Below, in pieces: positions 13,679 to 26,599 of a DNA stretch of 64,000 bases (positions are counted from its first letter, which is position 1; each line of letters starts with the position of its first letter). The notes under the pieces are model-generated. The model was not told where the DNA came from. It searched no databases and saw only the letters and a list, made by a program, of their open reading frames with translations. The DNA comes from Octopus sinensis (Eukaryota), in NCBI RefSeq assembly GCF_006345805.1, contig NC_043012.1, forward strand, positions 23,870,001 through 23,934,000. The letters are read 5' to 3'. A program made the position numbers and the translations under genes.

Positions 13679-14351
13679 ATTATGATGATATTTTATTTAA
13701 AGTATGAAAATATTTTCGACTGCAGTTTAATATGCTTGGTCAGGCTAAATGTTCCGCACCATGATACCAGTTTTATAGAGCGACTACAGCAATCTGTGTG
13801 TCTCTTGCTAATCAGATTTCCATATGTAACTGCTTTGAAAAATGGTGCCCTGAAGCCATATTGTCCATAATGTTTCATTCCTTTAACTGAATGGTCACTC
13901 AACACTAGCGCAATAAACAATATGTTATACACACATATATATACACATATATATATACATACATTCATATATATATATATATATATGCATATATATACAC
14001 ACACAGACATATATACACACATATATATACATACATATATATATATATATGCATATATAAACACACACACAGACATATATATATATATATATTATATATA
14101 TATATATATGCATATATACACACACACAGACATATATATATATACACACATACACACACACATATATATACACACACACAACATATAGGTGCATACATGT
14201 ATTTATTCATACATATATATTACTCTCTCTCTCTCTGTGACTCTGTGTGTGTATATACATACATTATATATATATATATATATATAATATATATATATGA
14301 ATATATAAATGCATATATATTATGTATATTATATATATGTATATATATATG

Positions 14352-14391
<40 letters not shown>

Positions 14392-15039
14392 ACATATATA
14401 TAATATACATAATATATATGCATTTGTATATTCATATATATATATGCACACATATGTACACACAAATATATACACACACACATCTGAAATGTGGTACAGA
14501 ATGCCTGACATCATTCTTTACTGAGTGTATTCAATTTAGCTCTACTGATTTAGAAAATCTGGAAAATTAATCACCATTGTCATTTGAGCTGAGTTAATAG
14601 TTTCCATATGAGAATTATATTATTCTATGATCCTACCCCGACGCTCTTCCAAAATGGTTTGGCATAGCTTCTCCTGTGATTTTCTATTAATACAGTTTAG
14701 CAAAGGATTCTTGTAATCACTTGTATTTTTCATGCTTGATTTAGAAATATTTATCTTTTTTTTTTTTAACATTTAGCTTTTATTTGTTCCACACATTTGA
14801 CTGTGGCCATGCTGGGGCATGTAAAGGGCTTATTTGGACAGAAACAAACCAACCCGAATACTTTTCCATTCTTTTTTTTTTTTTTCAGTTTGTATTTATT
14901 CTACTGGTCTCTTTTGATGAATCGCTAAGTTATGAAAATATAAACAAACAACCATCAGATGCCTAGCACTGGTGGAAACATAGACAAATACGCATACACA
15001 TATATAAGTCTGTATGTATGTATGTATATATATTATATT

Positions 15040-15266
15040 TCTTTACTACCCACAAGGGGCTAAACATAGAGGGGACAAACAAGGACAAACAAAGGAATTG
15101 AGTCAATTACATGGACCCCAGTGCGTAACCGGTACTTAATTTATCGACCCTGAAAGGATGAAAGGCAAAGTTGACCTCGGCGGAATTTGAACTCAGAACG
15201 TAACAACAGATGAAATACGGCTACGCATTTCGCCCAGCGTGCTAACGATACTGCCAGCTCGCCGCC
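15040..15266 (-). mobile_element. SINE family B copy
   Basis: Reverse complement of 11217-11443, high similarity. Confidence 0.85.
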
Positions 15267-15346
15267 TATGTATGTATATATATAGGTGAGAGAGTTGATA
15301 TGTGGAAGCACGTGGTTGGATGTATAAAAAAAGAGTGAAAAAACTA

Positions 15347-15520
15347 CAGACCAAGCATCTTATGACATAGATCATGTTTTCTGAAGCACAAGTAAAATTA
15401 GATTTGATTTTGAATTTTTGTCCCTCTTTGAAGAGGAATTCTGATCCTTCTAGAAGGTTTGGCATGTTGCGCAGTTTGGTCTACCACATCTTTTTACTTT
15501 TGCATCCGGTATTTCAGAAA
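15347..15520 (-). pseudogene. Penelope-like element GIY-YIG endonuclease fragment
   Basis: With one frameshift it reads KRCGRPNCATCPNLLEGSEFLFKEGQKFKIKSNFTCASENMIYVIRCLVC, the PLE pattern C..C..C...F.I...FTC.S.N.IY.I.C..C. Confidence 0.75.
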
Positions 15521-15579
15521 ACAATTTTAACCATATAACCATATAACACAAGCCTTCTGGAGTTTTTCACTCTTTTTTA

Positions 15580-15613
<34 letters not shown>

Positions 15614-15813
15614 TAATAATTTAAGTATTGGGTATGTGCCTGGTAGTTAGCTGATGAAGGACATTCACTGTGTATGGCTACCTGACATAATCCACAGTAT
15701 TTACACAATTGTTGCTGGATCTACCTCAGAAATTTTTTAGTGTATATAGAGGGAGAAAATGGAATAAAGGAGAAACTATTGCTCACAATAATCAGTTCAC
15801 CCCATTCTACACT

Positions 15814-16111
15814 GATCCTTCGTGGGTCGAATACTGTACACCTGGTTGTGTGCATCACTCAGTGCCAAAGTGTCTTATCAGGTGAGGTTATCAGAGGTGT
15901 CTTATTAAATAAACCCTGTTGTGCTCGATTTTAATACAGCTTGTTGTTAGTGACCATAGGCTTAGGCCAGTCACTTACAACATGCTGTATTAAAACTGAA
16001 CGAAACGGTTTATTTAACAAAATGCCCCTTGTCAAAAATCACCTGATGAAACACTTCTGCACCAAGGGATGCAATACAACCAGGTGTACAGTATCCAACC
16101 CTTGAGGGATC
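15814..16111. mobile_element. Fold-back MITE (imperfect palindrome of about 300 bp)
   Basis: gatcctt..gggtcgaatactgtacacctggttgtgtgcatc pairs with gatgcaatacaaccaggtgtacagtatccaaccc..gggatc; complementarity continues to the centre near 15960. Confidence 0.75.
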
Positions 16112-16169
16112 GATACAGGATGGGGCAAAACAATTGTTGTGAACAACACAGTTTCTTGTATATTCCATT

Positions 16170-16385
16170 TTTCCATCTACATCATTTGCTATAGATCGTT
16201 AGCTCCTACACGCATTTTTTTTTCTCTCCTTGTTTCTTTTCTGTGTATCTTTCTGTCGAAGAGCGTAGGCTCGAAACGTAAAAGACTTGTTCTATTTCTA
16301 TTCCTGAGCGCCATACTAATACATTTGTTTGTTTGTACTCCACCTGCCTTCGTCTTTCGTTTATTTTCGTAAACCTTCCCGTTAT
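16170..16385 (+). mobile_element. Penelope-like 3' terminal repeat with a minimal hammerhead variant
   Basis: tcttt-CTGTCGA-a-gagc(gtag)gctc-GAAAC-GTA-aaaga at 16248-16285; homologous to 22830-23035; abuts (TA)n. Confidence 0.55.
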
Positions 16386-17033
16386 ATATATATAATATAA
16401 AAGGAGTTATAATCCATGCTGTGTCCTGATGAACACATGAATTCAATGTATGCTATAGATGATTTATTTTGCATTAAGCACTCACAGCATTTGAAAATTC
16501 TGCAGAATTCTATTTGCAGAGGAATTACGCATCAAAACAAAAGACTGGAAAAGTTTCATATAATTTGTAATTAAAGATATACAAAAAAATACACCAAATT
16601 TTTCCAGTTTCTTCTTTTTGGTATATATTTCTTTATCTTTTACTTGTTTCAGTCATCAGGCTCTGGCCATGCTGGGGCACTGCCCTGAAGAATTTTAGGT
16701 AACTGGATTGACCCCATTGCTCCTATTTAATTTTAAAAAAAAAAGAAAGAAACCCTGGTACTTATCCTATCAATTGGTCTCTTCTGGTAAACCATCAAGT
16801 TACATGGAGGTAAACACAGTAAACACACTAAGACTGGTTGTCAAGTGATGGAGGTGGAGCACAAACACAGACACACACACACATATGACAGGCTTCTTTT
16901 AGTTTCCATCTACCAAAACGACTTACAAACCTTTGGTAAGCCCAAGGCAATAGTAGAAGACGCTTGCTTACGGTGCCACGTAGTGGAACAGAACCTGGAA
17001 CCATGTAGTTAAGAAGCAAACTTCTTACCACAC

Positions 17034-17071
<38 letters not shown>

Positions 17072-17365
17072 GTTTAAATATTTGTTGTGCAAGATTTTTT
17101 ATATATATATAGTGTGTGTGTTTTTATTGGCTGAACTGGCAAAATGACCATTCCTAAATACAACAATATATATATATATATTTATTTATATATATATATC
17201 TTTTACTTGTTTCTATTTGTCTGTAGCCATGTTGGGGCACCACCTTGAAGGGTTTTTAAATGAACAAATTAACACTAAGACTTAACTTTTTGAAGCCCAT
17301 AAGTAATTCTATTTGTCTTTTTTTGCCAAACTACTAAGTTACAAGGATGTAAACATACCAACACC

Positions 17366-17787
17366 ATTATGTACATTATTTATATTTGACAGATATGTTT
17401 CCTCATTCTGTTGGTTGTTAACACGATGTTTTGGCTGATGTACTCTCTAGCCTTCATCAGGTGTCCTGGAGGTATATGGTGTGGGGTTATATGGCATGGG
17501 TATATGGTGTAGGAGTTAAGAGCACGGGCTGCTAACCCCAAGATTCCAAGTTCAATTCCAGGCAGTGACCTGAATAATAATAATAATAATAACAATAATA
17601 ATAATAATAATAATAATAACAACAACAATAACAACAACATTGGAAAAATACCTGAAGAATGAGAACCCAGGTTCGAAATTCCCCCAGGACACCTGATGAA
17701 AGCTGGAGAGTATATCAGCCGAAACACTGTGTTAACTACAAACAAGATGTGGACAAATATCTGTCAAATGTAAATAATGTACATAAT
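17366..17787 (+). mobile_element. tRNA-headed SINE-like element with a hammerhead-like tail and an inverted 5' copy of the tail
   Basis: Inverted arms 17366-17469 and 17684-17787. tRNA(Ser-GCT)-like head 17499-17570 (ctGCTaa loop, agttcaattcc B-box), then (AAT)n and gacac-CTGATGA..GAAAC. Confidence 0.6.
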
Positions 17788-19921
17788 TCCTTAATCTCTC
17801 AAATATAGAACTGTAATACCAACACCAGCTGTCAAGCAGCGGAGGAGGACAAATACAAACACAAAAGCACACACACACACACACACACACGTATATACAA
17901 AGGGCTTCTTTCAGGTTTTGTGTAACACTCAGAAGTTTTGGGTTAGTCCGAGGCTATAGTAGAAAATATTTGCCAAAGGTGCCATGCAGTAGGGTTGAAC
18001 CTGGACCCATGTAGTTGAGAAGCAAACTTCTTACTACACAGACACACCTGCACTTACACACACACATATACATGATGGGCATTCACATCGTTTTTTCACC
18101 ATCCACCAAATTCTTTCATCAACCAAGGACTATTGTAGAAGATATTTGCCCAGGGTACCATGTAGCGAAAGTAAACCTGAGACCAAGGAAGTGAACATGT
18201 TTATGACACAGCCATGTCAGTACCTCATATCATATGTAACTTGAACAGTGTGTGATGTGTGATGTCATTGGTCTTTTTAAAAGTAAAGGAAATGAAAAGG
18301 AAATGAAATCGCTTCATAAAGGAAATGAAACTGTGTCACATATTTGACAGCAAACAGAGCAGCACAGACCAGAAGAGTCTACAACAAGATCTTCAGTTCG
18401 GTCACTCAGCATTTCTAGGGTTACCTGACCTACTAGAAAAAGCAGCAAAATATCCCTCACATTATACCATGTTGCATCTTTTAAGAACAAGGGCAAGATA
18501 CCACAGAAATTGTCTGTAAAAATGAGGTGGCCACAGATGGAACTTCTATGTTGAAATACCTGCTCTGTCAAAGTAGACTTGCAAAATAACAACAATCACA
18601 AGAAATTTTATAAGAACAGGAACCAAAATAAGTTACTAAAGTCTCTGGATCTGTGGAGATGCCATAACTTGTAAAATCTATAACAAGAATGGTTATAATA
18701 GTTCAAATAATGATAGTAAAGTATGAATGCTAAAAATTGGAATGATTCTCAGCAGGAACAGAAAAAATGTCATCAATTATGTCAAGTCATACGAACCAAG
18801 AATTAGCATAACTGATGGAAATCGTGACTGAAGAATGAGGTCCAATCATAGAATACTATTATTGCTTCTAAAAGCTGCAATTGAAATCTCCAAGAACTCA
18901 TTTGTTTTGATGTAGCAGAACTGACCAATGGTATCTTTGCTCAATGATGACCATCTGGAATATATTCGAAGTCACCGATATATTCCAGATGGGTGGAACC
19001 AAACAGGTGGAATATATCAAATAAGTTGGGTGCATTAAAATATTCACAAAAAAGAAAAAAAACAAACAAGAAAACTCCACATAGCAAGGCACAGACATGG
19101 CTTTGAGGTAAGAAGTCTGTTTACCAACCACATGAATCTGGGTTCAGTCCCACTGCGTGACACTTCAGGCAAGTGCCATCTACAGTCTCAGCTTGACCAA
19201 AGCCTTGTGAGTGGATTTGTTAGATGGAAACAGAAAGAAGCTCATAATGTGTGTGTGTGTGTGTGTGATTAAATCATATCATCACATGACAACCACTGTT
19301 GGTGCATTTATGTCCCTGTAACTTAGCAGTTTAGCAAAGAGAGACTGATAGAATAGGTACCAAGCTTTAGAGAAAAATATTAGCACTGAGGTTGATTCAT
19401 TTAACTGAAAATTCTTCAAGCTGGTGCCCCAGATTGGCCACAGTCTAGTGACTGAAACAAGTAAAAGATAAAGCTGCAGGCACAGGCAATGGCTATGTGG
19501 TTAAAAGGCATGCTTAGCAACTTTGTAGAGTCAGGGTCGTCCACTGTAGACTTGGGCCAGCCAGCACCTTGTGAGGGAATTTGGTAGAATAAAAATTGCA
19601 TGGAAGCTTGATATGGAAGCATGTGTGTGATGTAGAAATACTTGGGTTGATGTCTGAGCGTGTCGTAAGCCCACTGGGAATGAGGAGCCCCTGGTCTTTG
19701 TCAAGGCATTCTTCTAGAAGGCTAACTCATACATAAAAGCAACTGTTCCACTGAACCAGACATTTTGTTCTTTGCTTGACTCTGAGTCTTGGTATCCCTT
19801 ATGAGAGTCCTTGTGGTATAATGCAAGCTGCACTTGACACAAGAACTTTGCACAGACATTGCTGACACTTAACACTTGTCAGCATTAGTCCAACAAGTAC
19901 ACAGCCATTATGTGTGTGTGC

Positions 19922-19953
<32 letters not shown>

Positions 19954-21930
19954 CTATATGGAGGTTCAAGTGAATGCAGTACCCACTCAACATTACACTT
20001 CCTGCTGATCAGTCTCTCCTGAAATTACTCTCTCAGCCAAGCTAGGGAGTCATTTTATGGTTAGGGAGGTGGCCCCATTTTGCTGGAACCATTGTTCATC
20101 TCAATCTATCCCTCTGCGTCATTTTATTCAAAGATTTGTAGGTTCTGTTTTTGTGGGGGGTGACCCTGTACTAGGCAGATATCACCTATACAACAGTTTT
20201 GAGAAAAAATTTTGATATATTTGGTGGAACTCACCATAAAAATTACTCTGAGAATTGTTGTAGTGTCCTTATATTCTATAACTCACCAGCAGAATATCTT
20301 CTAGAATAAGGGGCTACGTTAGAAGACACATGTGCAAGGTGCCATGCAGTGAGACTGAATCTAGAACCATGTGATTGGAAGCGAACATCTTACTACACAA
20401 GCAAGCCTGCATCTATATATGCATAACAGATTTTTGGTTTCCATCTGTCAAATTCACTTGCAAGGGTTGGCGCCAAAGTAGAAGATACCTATCCAAGAGG
20501 ACTGAACCCAAAACCATGTGGTTGGGAAGCAAACATTCTTACACACAGATATTCCTACCCTTATGTATATGTAACAGGCTTCTTTCAGTTTCCATCTGCC
20601 AAATTCAGTAAAAAGCTTTTGATTGGCTTCTTGAAGACACTTGTCCAAGTTGCCCTGCAGCGAAGCCAAACCCAAAATCATGTTGCTGGCTGTGAAAAAT
20701 TATCTTCATCTTTAGTTTTTCAACCAGAGAGGATGCTACCACAATTGGTAGATGCAATCATAGGGATTTCTATTAAAAGACATGATGTCATAATCAGCAT
20801 AAAAGCTATTATTAAAATTTGTACAAGAGTATAAAAGTTACCCTATAATGGGTAGAATACTATCACCTGGGTACTGGGCATACTGGCCAGAGAAGAGAGT
20901 TACCAAAACTTGTAGAAACTACTAAGCTACCATTGAAAATGTCTGTTAGAGTACAGACAGTTGTAATGAGGAACTATCTTGCAGACAGCAGAAAAACCAT
21001 CAAAAGAATGCAGATATTCAATTTATTCACTGTTTTTATGGTCTAATTAATCAACCAGAAAACATACAAATAAACTCATAAAGATTTGTATGTACCTACG
21101 TATGTGTGTAGGTATATGCATACGTGTGTATGTGCACATATATGTTGGTCTGTAAGAGTGAGTGTTCAAGTGTATGTGTGTGAATGTGGTTGTTAAATTG
21201 TATGCAATGCTACGTGTGTAAATGTGGGCTTTTGTGAACAAAAGGAAAATGTGTATGTCTGTAAATAGATGTATGTATACATATAATGTGTGTGCATGTG
21301 TGTATGAATCTATGTATGCAAATGAATTTTTGTATGTGAGCAGGTAAGTATATGTCAGTTCGTATTGCGTATGCATGTATAACAGAGATTTCTTAGGCTT
21401 TCAGTGTGTCTGTATAATAACGTATGCGGTGTAACATCTCAAAGCAAATAGTTCTGTAATTATATGTGTACATGTGCGTGCGTGTGTGTGTGTCTGTTTC
21501 AAAATGTGTGTGTGTGTGTGTGTCTGTTTCAAAATGTGTGTGTGTGTGTGTGTCTGTTTCAAAATGTGTGTGTGTGTGTGTATTAGTCAACACGTATGGT
21601 GCTCTATCTAGAAGCAATTTACACAATATGTGTTTATGTGATTTAGTATGAATGTATAATGCTTCGTGTATAAATTTATATGTGTATGCATGTGCGTATG
21701 AGCATGTAAGTGTGTGTGTGTGTGAGTGTGTGTGTGCATCTGCCTCGTCTGAGTAAATGTTGCTTTCAGCCAGCTGTTGGTGTGAGTCTGTGTGTGTGTG
21801 TGTATAAACACACACACACACACACATATGCATGTTTAAGTGTGTGCTTTAGTATATGTGTGTGTATTCTTGTACTGGCCTTTGCTGTGTGTATATTTCC
21901 TTCCATATGTGTATGTGTATGTGTGTTATT

Positions 21931-21961
<31 letters not shown>

Positions 21962-22384
21962 TTTTCACTTTCTTAAGTAACACTCTGTAGGCCTTAGACA
22001 ATGGGAGTATAAAGGTGCATGTATGTATATTTTCTGTTCCCTATGTGTGTCTATGATAACACATCTGCATATTAAGCCTATGTGTGTGTATGTGTGAAGA
22101 TTATATCACTGAATACACCAACATGTGTCAGTTTCTGTGTGGGTGTGTGCGTGTGTGTGCATAATGTTATGGTGTCAGTGTGCATATGTACATATGTATA
22201 TGTGTGTGCCTTGTTCGGTCTTTATGCATGTATAAGTGTGTATATATATATATATATCGTCTCCTCTTCCCCCTTCTCCTCCCTCTTCTTTCCCCTCCCC
22301 TTCTCTCCCCCTCTTCTCCCCCTCCCCTCTCCCCTCACTCACAACCACATGACTTTACACATCACATCACATATGATGTGCCAT

Positions 22385-23024
22385 ACTAATACACACACCA
22401 ACAATACATACTAATACGTACTAATACATACTAGTACATACTAATACTTACACCAACCCTATACATACACACGTCCAGACCCCGCATACGCACTTATACT
22501 CTCTCACAACACCACACACACAACACACCTATACATACCAATACGTACTAATACATACTAATACATACTAATACATACACCAACCCCATACATACGCACG
22601 TCCAGACCAATCTACGCACTAATACTCTCTCATACACACACACACACACACACACCCTTATACATACTAATACATACACCAACCCTATACATACACACAT
22701 CCAGACCCCTCCCACGCACTTTTAGCTGGTCCCTCAACCCTTTTATCAACCCTATTATCTCCCCTTATTTCGCTCTCGCGTCTCATGTTTGATCTTTGAC
22801 CTCTGGCCGAAATCAGATCGCCATGTTGATTCGTTAGCTACTGCATGCATTTTTTTTCTCTCCTTCTTTCTGGTTTTTCTCTCTCTGTGTATCTTTGTTG
22901 AAGAGCGTAGGCTCGAAACGTTAAAGACTTGTTTTATTTATATTTCCTGAGCGCCATACTAATACAATTGTTCGTTTGTTTTCCACCTGCCTTCGTCTTT
23001 TGTTTATTTCATAAAGCTTCCCGT

Positions 23025-23035
<11 letters not shown>
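22385..23035 (+). mobile_element. Penelope-like 3' end preceded by a composite tandem repeat
   Basis: Three copies of ccaaccc(t/c)atacatac(a/g)cac(g/a)tccagacc with atacatacta subrepeats, then a terminal repeat homologous to 16170-16385 ending at (TA)n. Confidence 0.55.
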
Positions 23036-23056
<21 letters not shown>

Positions 23057-23062
23057 ATATAT

Positions 23063-23480
23063 AGGCGTAGGAGTGGCTGTGTGGTAAGTAGCTTGTTTAC
23101 CAACCACATGGTCGAAGTTCAGTCCCTCTGCGTGGCACCTTGGGCAAGTGTCTTCTACTATAGCCTCGGGCCGACCAAAGCCTTGTGAGTGGATTTGGTA
23201 GACGGAAACTGAAAGAAGCCTGTCGTATATATGTATATATATATGTGTGCATGTATGTTTGTGTGTCTGTGTTTGTCCCCCTAGCATTGCTTGACAACCG
23301 ATGCTGGTGTGTTTATGTCCAGTTACCCAGCGGTTCGGCAAAAGAAACCGATAGAATAAGTACTGGGCTTACAAAGAATAAGTCCTGGGGTCGATTTGCT
23401 CGACTAAAGGCAGTGCTCCAGCATGGCTGCAGTCAGATGACTGAAACAAGTAAAAGAGAGAGAGAGTAAAAGAGTAAGAG
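23063..23480 (+). mobile_element. SINE family A, young full-length copy
   Basis: Complete head-core-tail with CpGs retained (ggcgtaggagtggctgtgtggtaag ... gactgaaacaagtaaaagag). Confidence 0.9.
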
Positions 23481-23740
23481 TATATATAAAATGTGTATAA
23501 TTTTGCTGTGAGAATTGGTGTGAGTATATTCTTTTACTTTTACTTGTTTCAGTCATTTGACTGGGGTCATGCTGGAGCATGCATTTTCAGACTTCTAAGC
23601 ATGTATATAATTTTGGTGTGGGAATTGTGTGTTTGTATGCATGTGTGTGTGTGTGTATATATATATGTGTATGCACATGCATGTGGCTTAAATCTCTATG
23701 TGCATAGGCTATGGGAGATCTTAATGCATGTGTGAGAGTG

Positions 23741-23772
<32 letters not shown>

Positions 23773-23780
23773 GTGTGTAT

Positions 23781-23843
<63 letters not shown>

Positions 23844-23896
23844 CAATCATATGAACCTCTGCAATTATTTTAGTCTAGTACTTCTTTTATTGATCT

Positions 23897-23927
<31 letters not shown>

Positions 23928-23981
23928 CATACATATACACACACACATCTATGTATCTATGTATGAATAGCTATCTACCTA

Positions 23982-24054
<73 letters not shown>

Positions 24055-24985
24055 ATGTATGTATGTATGTATGTGTTTATACACATGTCTATATAGCTAT
24101 ATATGTATGTATATCTATGTAACTCTCTCTCCCAACCTATATATATATATATATATATACAAATACACACACACACACCTTAAACCTAAGTATGAACTTC
24201 TGTAAGAGCGAGTGCATGCGGACTTCTTCAAGCTAGCAAACAGCACGTGTTTCTTAAGTCAGCCAGATTTTCAAATAGTAAACAAGTTTAAATGCTGTCT
24301 TACTTATGGGACACCTTGTACACTAGGTATATATGTGTTGTGTGTGAGTACGTATGTGTGTGTATGTGATTTAGACGAAGAGAAGAGAGAGACTGCATGT
24401 ATATGCATGCGCATATGATTATGAAAGTAACGCGTGTGTGTGAGAGTGTGTGTGTGTGTGTGTGTGTGTATGATAGAGAAAGATGATTGAGGAAAAGTGA
24501 GGCATGTAATGTGTAGAGAAAGAGAGGAATAGAGAGAAGGGTGGGAGGTAGAGTAGGTCAAGTGAAAGGGGAGAAGAGGAGGAAGGGGAGGCAAAATGGG
24601 TTGGAGTGGGAGGGTAAAGAGGGAGAGTAACAGGAGATGAAGGAAGAGAGAATGGAAGAGGGAGAGGAGGCAGTGGGGAGCGCTGTACTTAATGGAGCAC
24701 ATCAGACTGAGCGGGGGAGGGAGGGAGTAAGGATAAGAGGAATAAGGGGAGTCGTATAACAAGGAGAGGGGGGTGTAACATTGAAGAAGCAGGAGGTTGT
24801 GCATGTGTGTGTGTGTAGGTGCACATGGATGTCTATGTCTATTTGTGTGTGTGTGTATGTATACATACACTCACACACATACATGCATATATATATATAT
24901 ATACACACATATATATATATAATCACATACATGCATATATATACACATATGTATATCAAAAACATGCAAATATATATATATACAC

Positions 24986-25025
<40 letters not shown>

Positions 25026-25095
25026 CACATACATGCATATATATATAATATATATATATATACATTTATATACACATATATAATCACATACATGC

Positions 25096-25128
<33 letters not shown>

Positions 25129-25144
25129 TATATCACAAACATGC

Positions 25145-25187
<43 letters not shown>

Positions 25188-25887
25188 TACATATACACAT
25201 ATATAATCACATACATGCATATATATATATACATATATATATAAATAGATAGATATATTTATGCAAGGAAACACACATGCACACATGATACATGTATGTA
25301 TATCTAACGAAGAGGAGTTTGGTCGATGCATGCAAAAATGATTATGAGTTTGTGTTTTCAATCTTCTATTTGTTTCAGTCTCGCCAAACTGCGGCCATGC
25401 TGGGGCACTGCCTGGAAGAGTTTAGTCAACTGCGGCCATGCTGGGGCACTGCCTGGAAGGGTTTAGTCACACTTGAATGAATCAACCCTGACACTTAGTT
25501 CTTAGGTCTGGTGCCCATTCCATCAGTACCCCTTGGTTAAACTGCAAAGTTATAGAGAGATAGACAAACCAACACCTGTTGTCAAGTGAGGGGACAAACA
25601 CAAAGACAGATACATGGTTTCGGGTTCAGTCCTACGGTGTCACGGGAGTGAATCTGGTGGACAGACACTGAGTGGAAGCCCATCGTTTATAAGTGTGTGA
25701 TTCCCCCGTCCCTCACACACACACCACCACCACAATTGATAGCCAGTGTTGTTTTGTTTACATCCAGTTCAGCAAGGGGCTGATTTTGTCAACGAAACTC
25801 TTCAAGGTGATGCCCCAGCATGGCCCCACTGTCTATTGACTAAAACAATTAAAAGATAAAAGACATATATATATATATATATATATG

Positions 25888-25924
<37 letters not shown>

Positions 25925-25927
25925 TTT

Positions 25928-26020
25928 TATAATGCAAGCTGCACTTGACACAAGAACTTTGCACAGACATTGCTGACACTTAACACTTGTCAGCATTAGT
26001 CCAACAAGTACACAGCCATT

Positions 26021-26056
<36 letters not shown>

Positions 26057-26580
26057 GAGAGACTATATGGAGGTTCAAGTGAATGCAGTACCCACTCAAC
26101 ATTACACTTCCTGCTGATCAGTCTCTCCTGAAATTACTCTCTCAGCCAAGCTAGGGAGTCATTTTATGGTTAGGGAGGTGGCCCCATTTTGCTGGAACCA
26201 TTGTTCATCTCAATCTATCCCTCTGCGTCATTTTATTCAAAGATTTGTAGGTTCTGTTTTTGTGGGGGGTGACCCTGTACTAGGCACATATCACCTATAC
26301 AACAGTTTTGAGAAAAAATTTTGATATATTTGGTGGAACTCACCATAAAAATTATTCTAGAAGAATGCCTTGACAAAGACCAGGGGCTCCTCATTCCCAG
26401 TGGGCTTACGACACGCTCAGACGTCAACCCAAGTATTTCTACATCACACACACGCTTCCATATCAAGCTTCCATGCAATTTTTATTCTACCAAATTCCCT
26501 CACAAGGTGCTGGCTGGCCCAAGTCTACAGTGGACGACCCTGACTCTACAAAGTTGCTAAGCATGCCTTTTAACCACATA
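25928..26580. repeat. Local duplication with internal inversion
   Basis: 25928-26354 equals 19817-20245 (direct) and 26355-26580 equals the reverse complement of 19494-19719; only a few differences seen. Confidence 0.92.
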
Positions 26581-26599
26581 AAAGACATAGACATATATA

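Noticed and set aside
17499-17570. Possible tRNA-Ser gene
   Set aside because: The acceptor and D stems do not pair properly, so it is treated as a SINE head.
18310-18620. RARYHRNC motif reminiscent of large DNA-transposon proteins (also FNGIGIKTA near 37900)
   Set aside because: Too short and degenerate to assign a family.
24470-24780. Polypurine, G-run-rich tract (also 28360-28630; polypyrimidine at 22260 and 53230)
   Set aside because: G4 or triplex potential is generic for such low-complexity tracts, and nothing specific supports a function.
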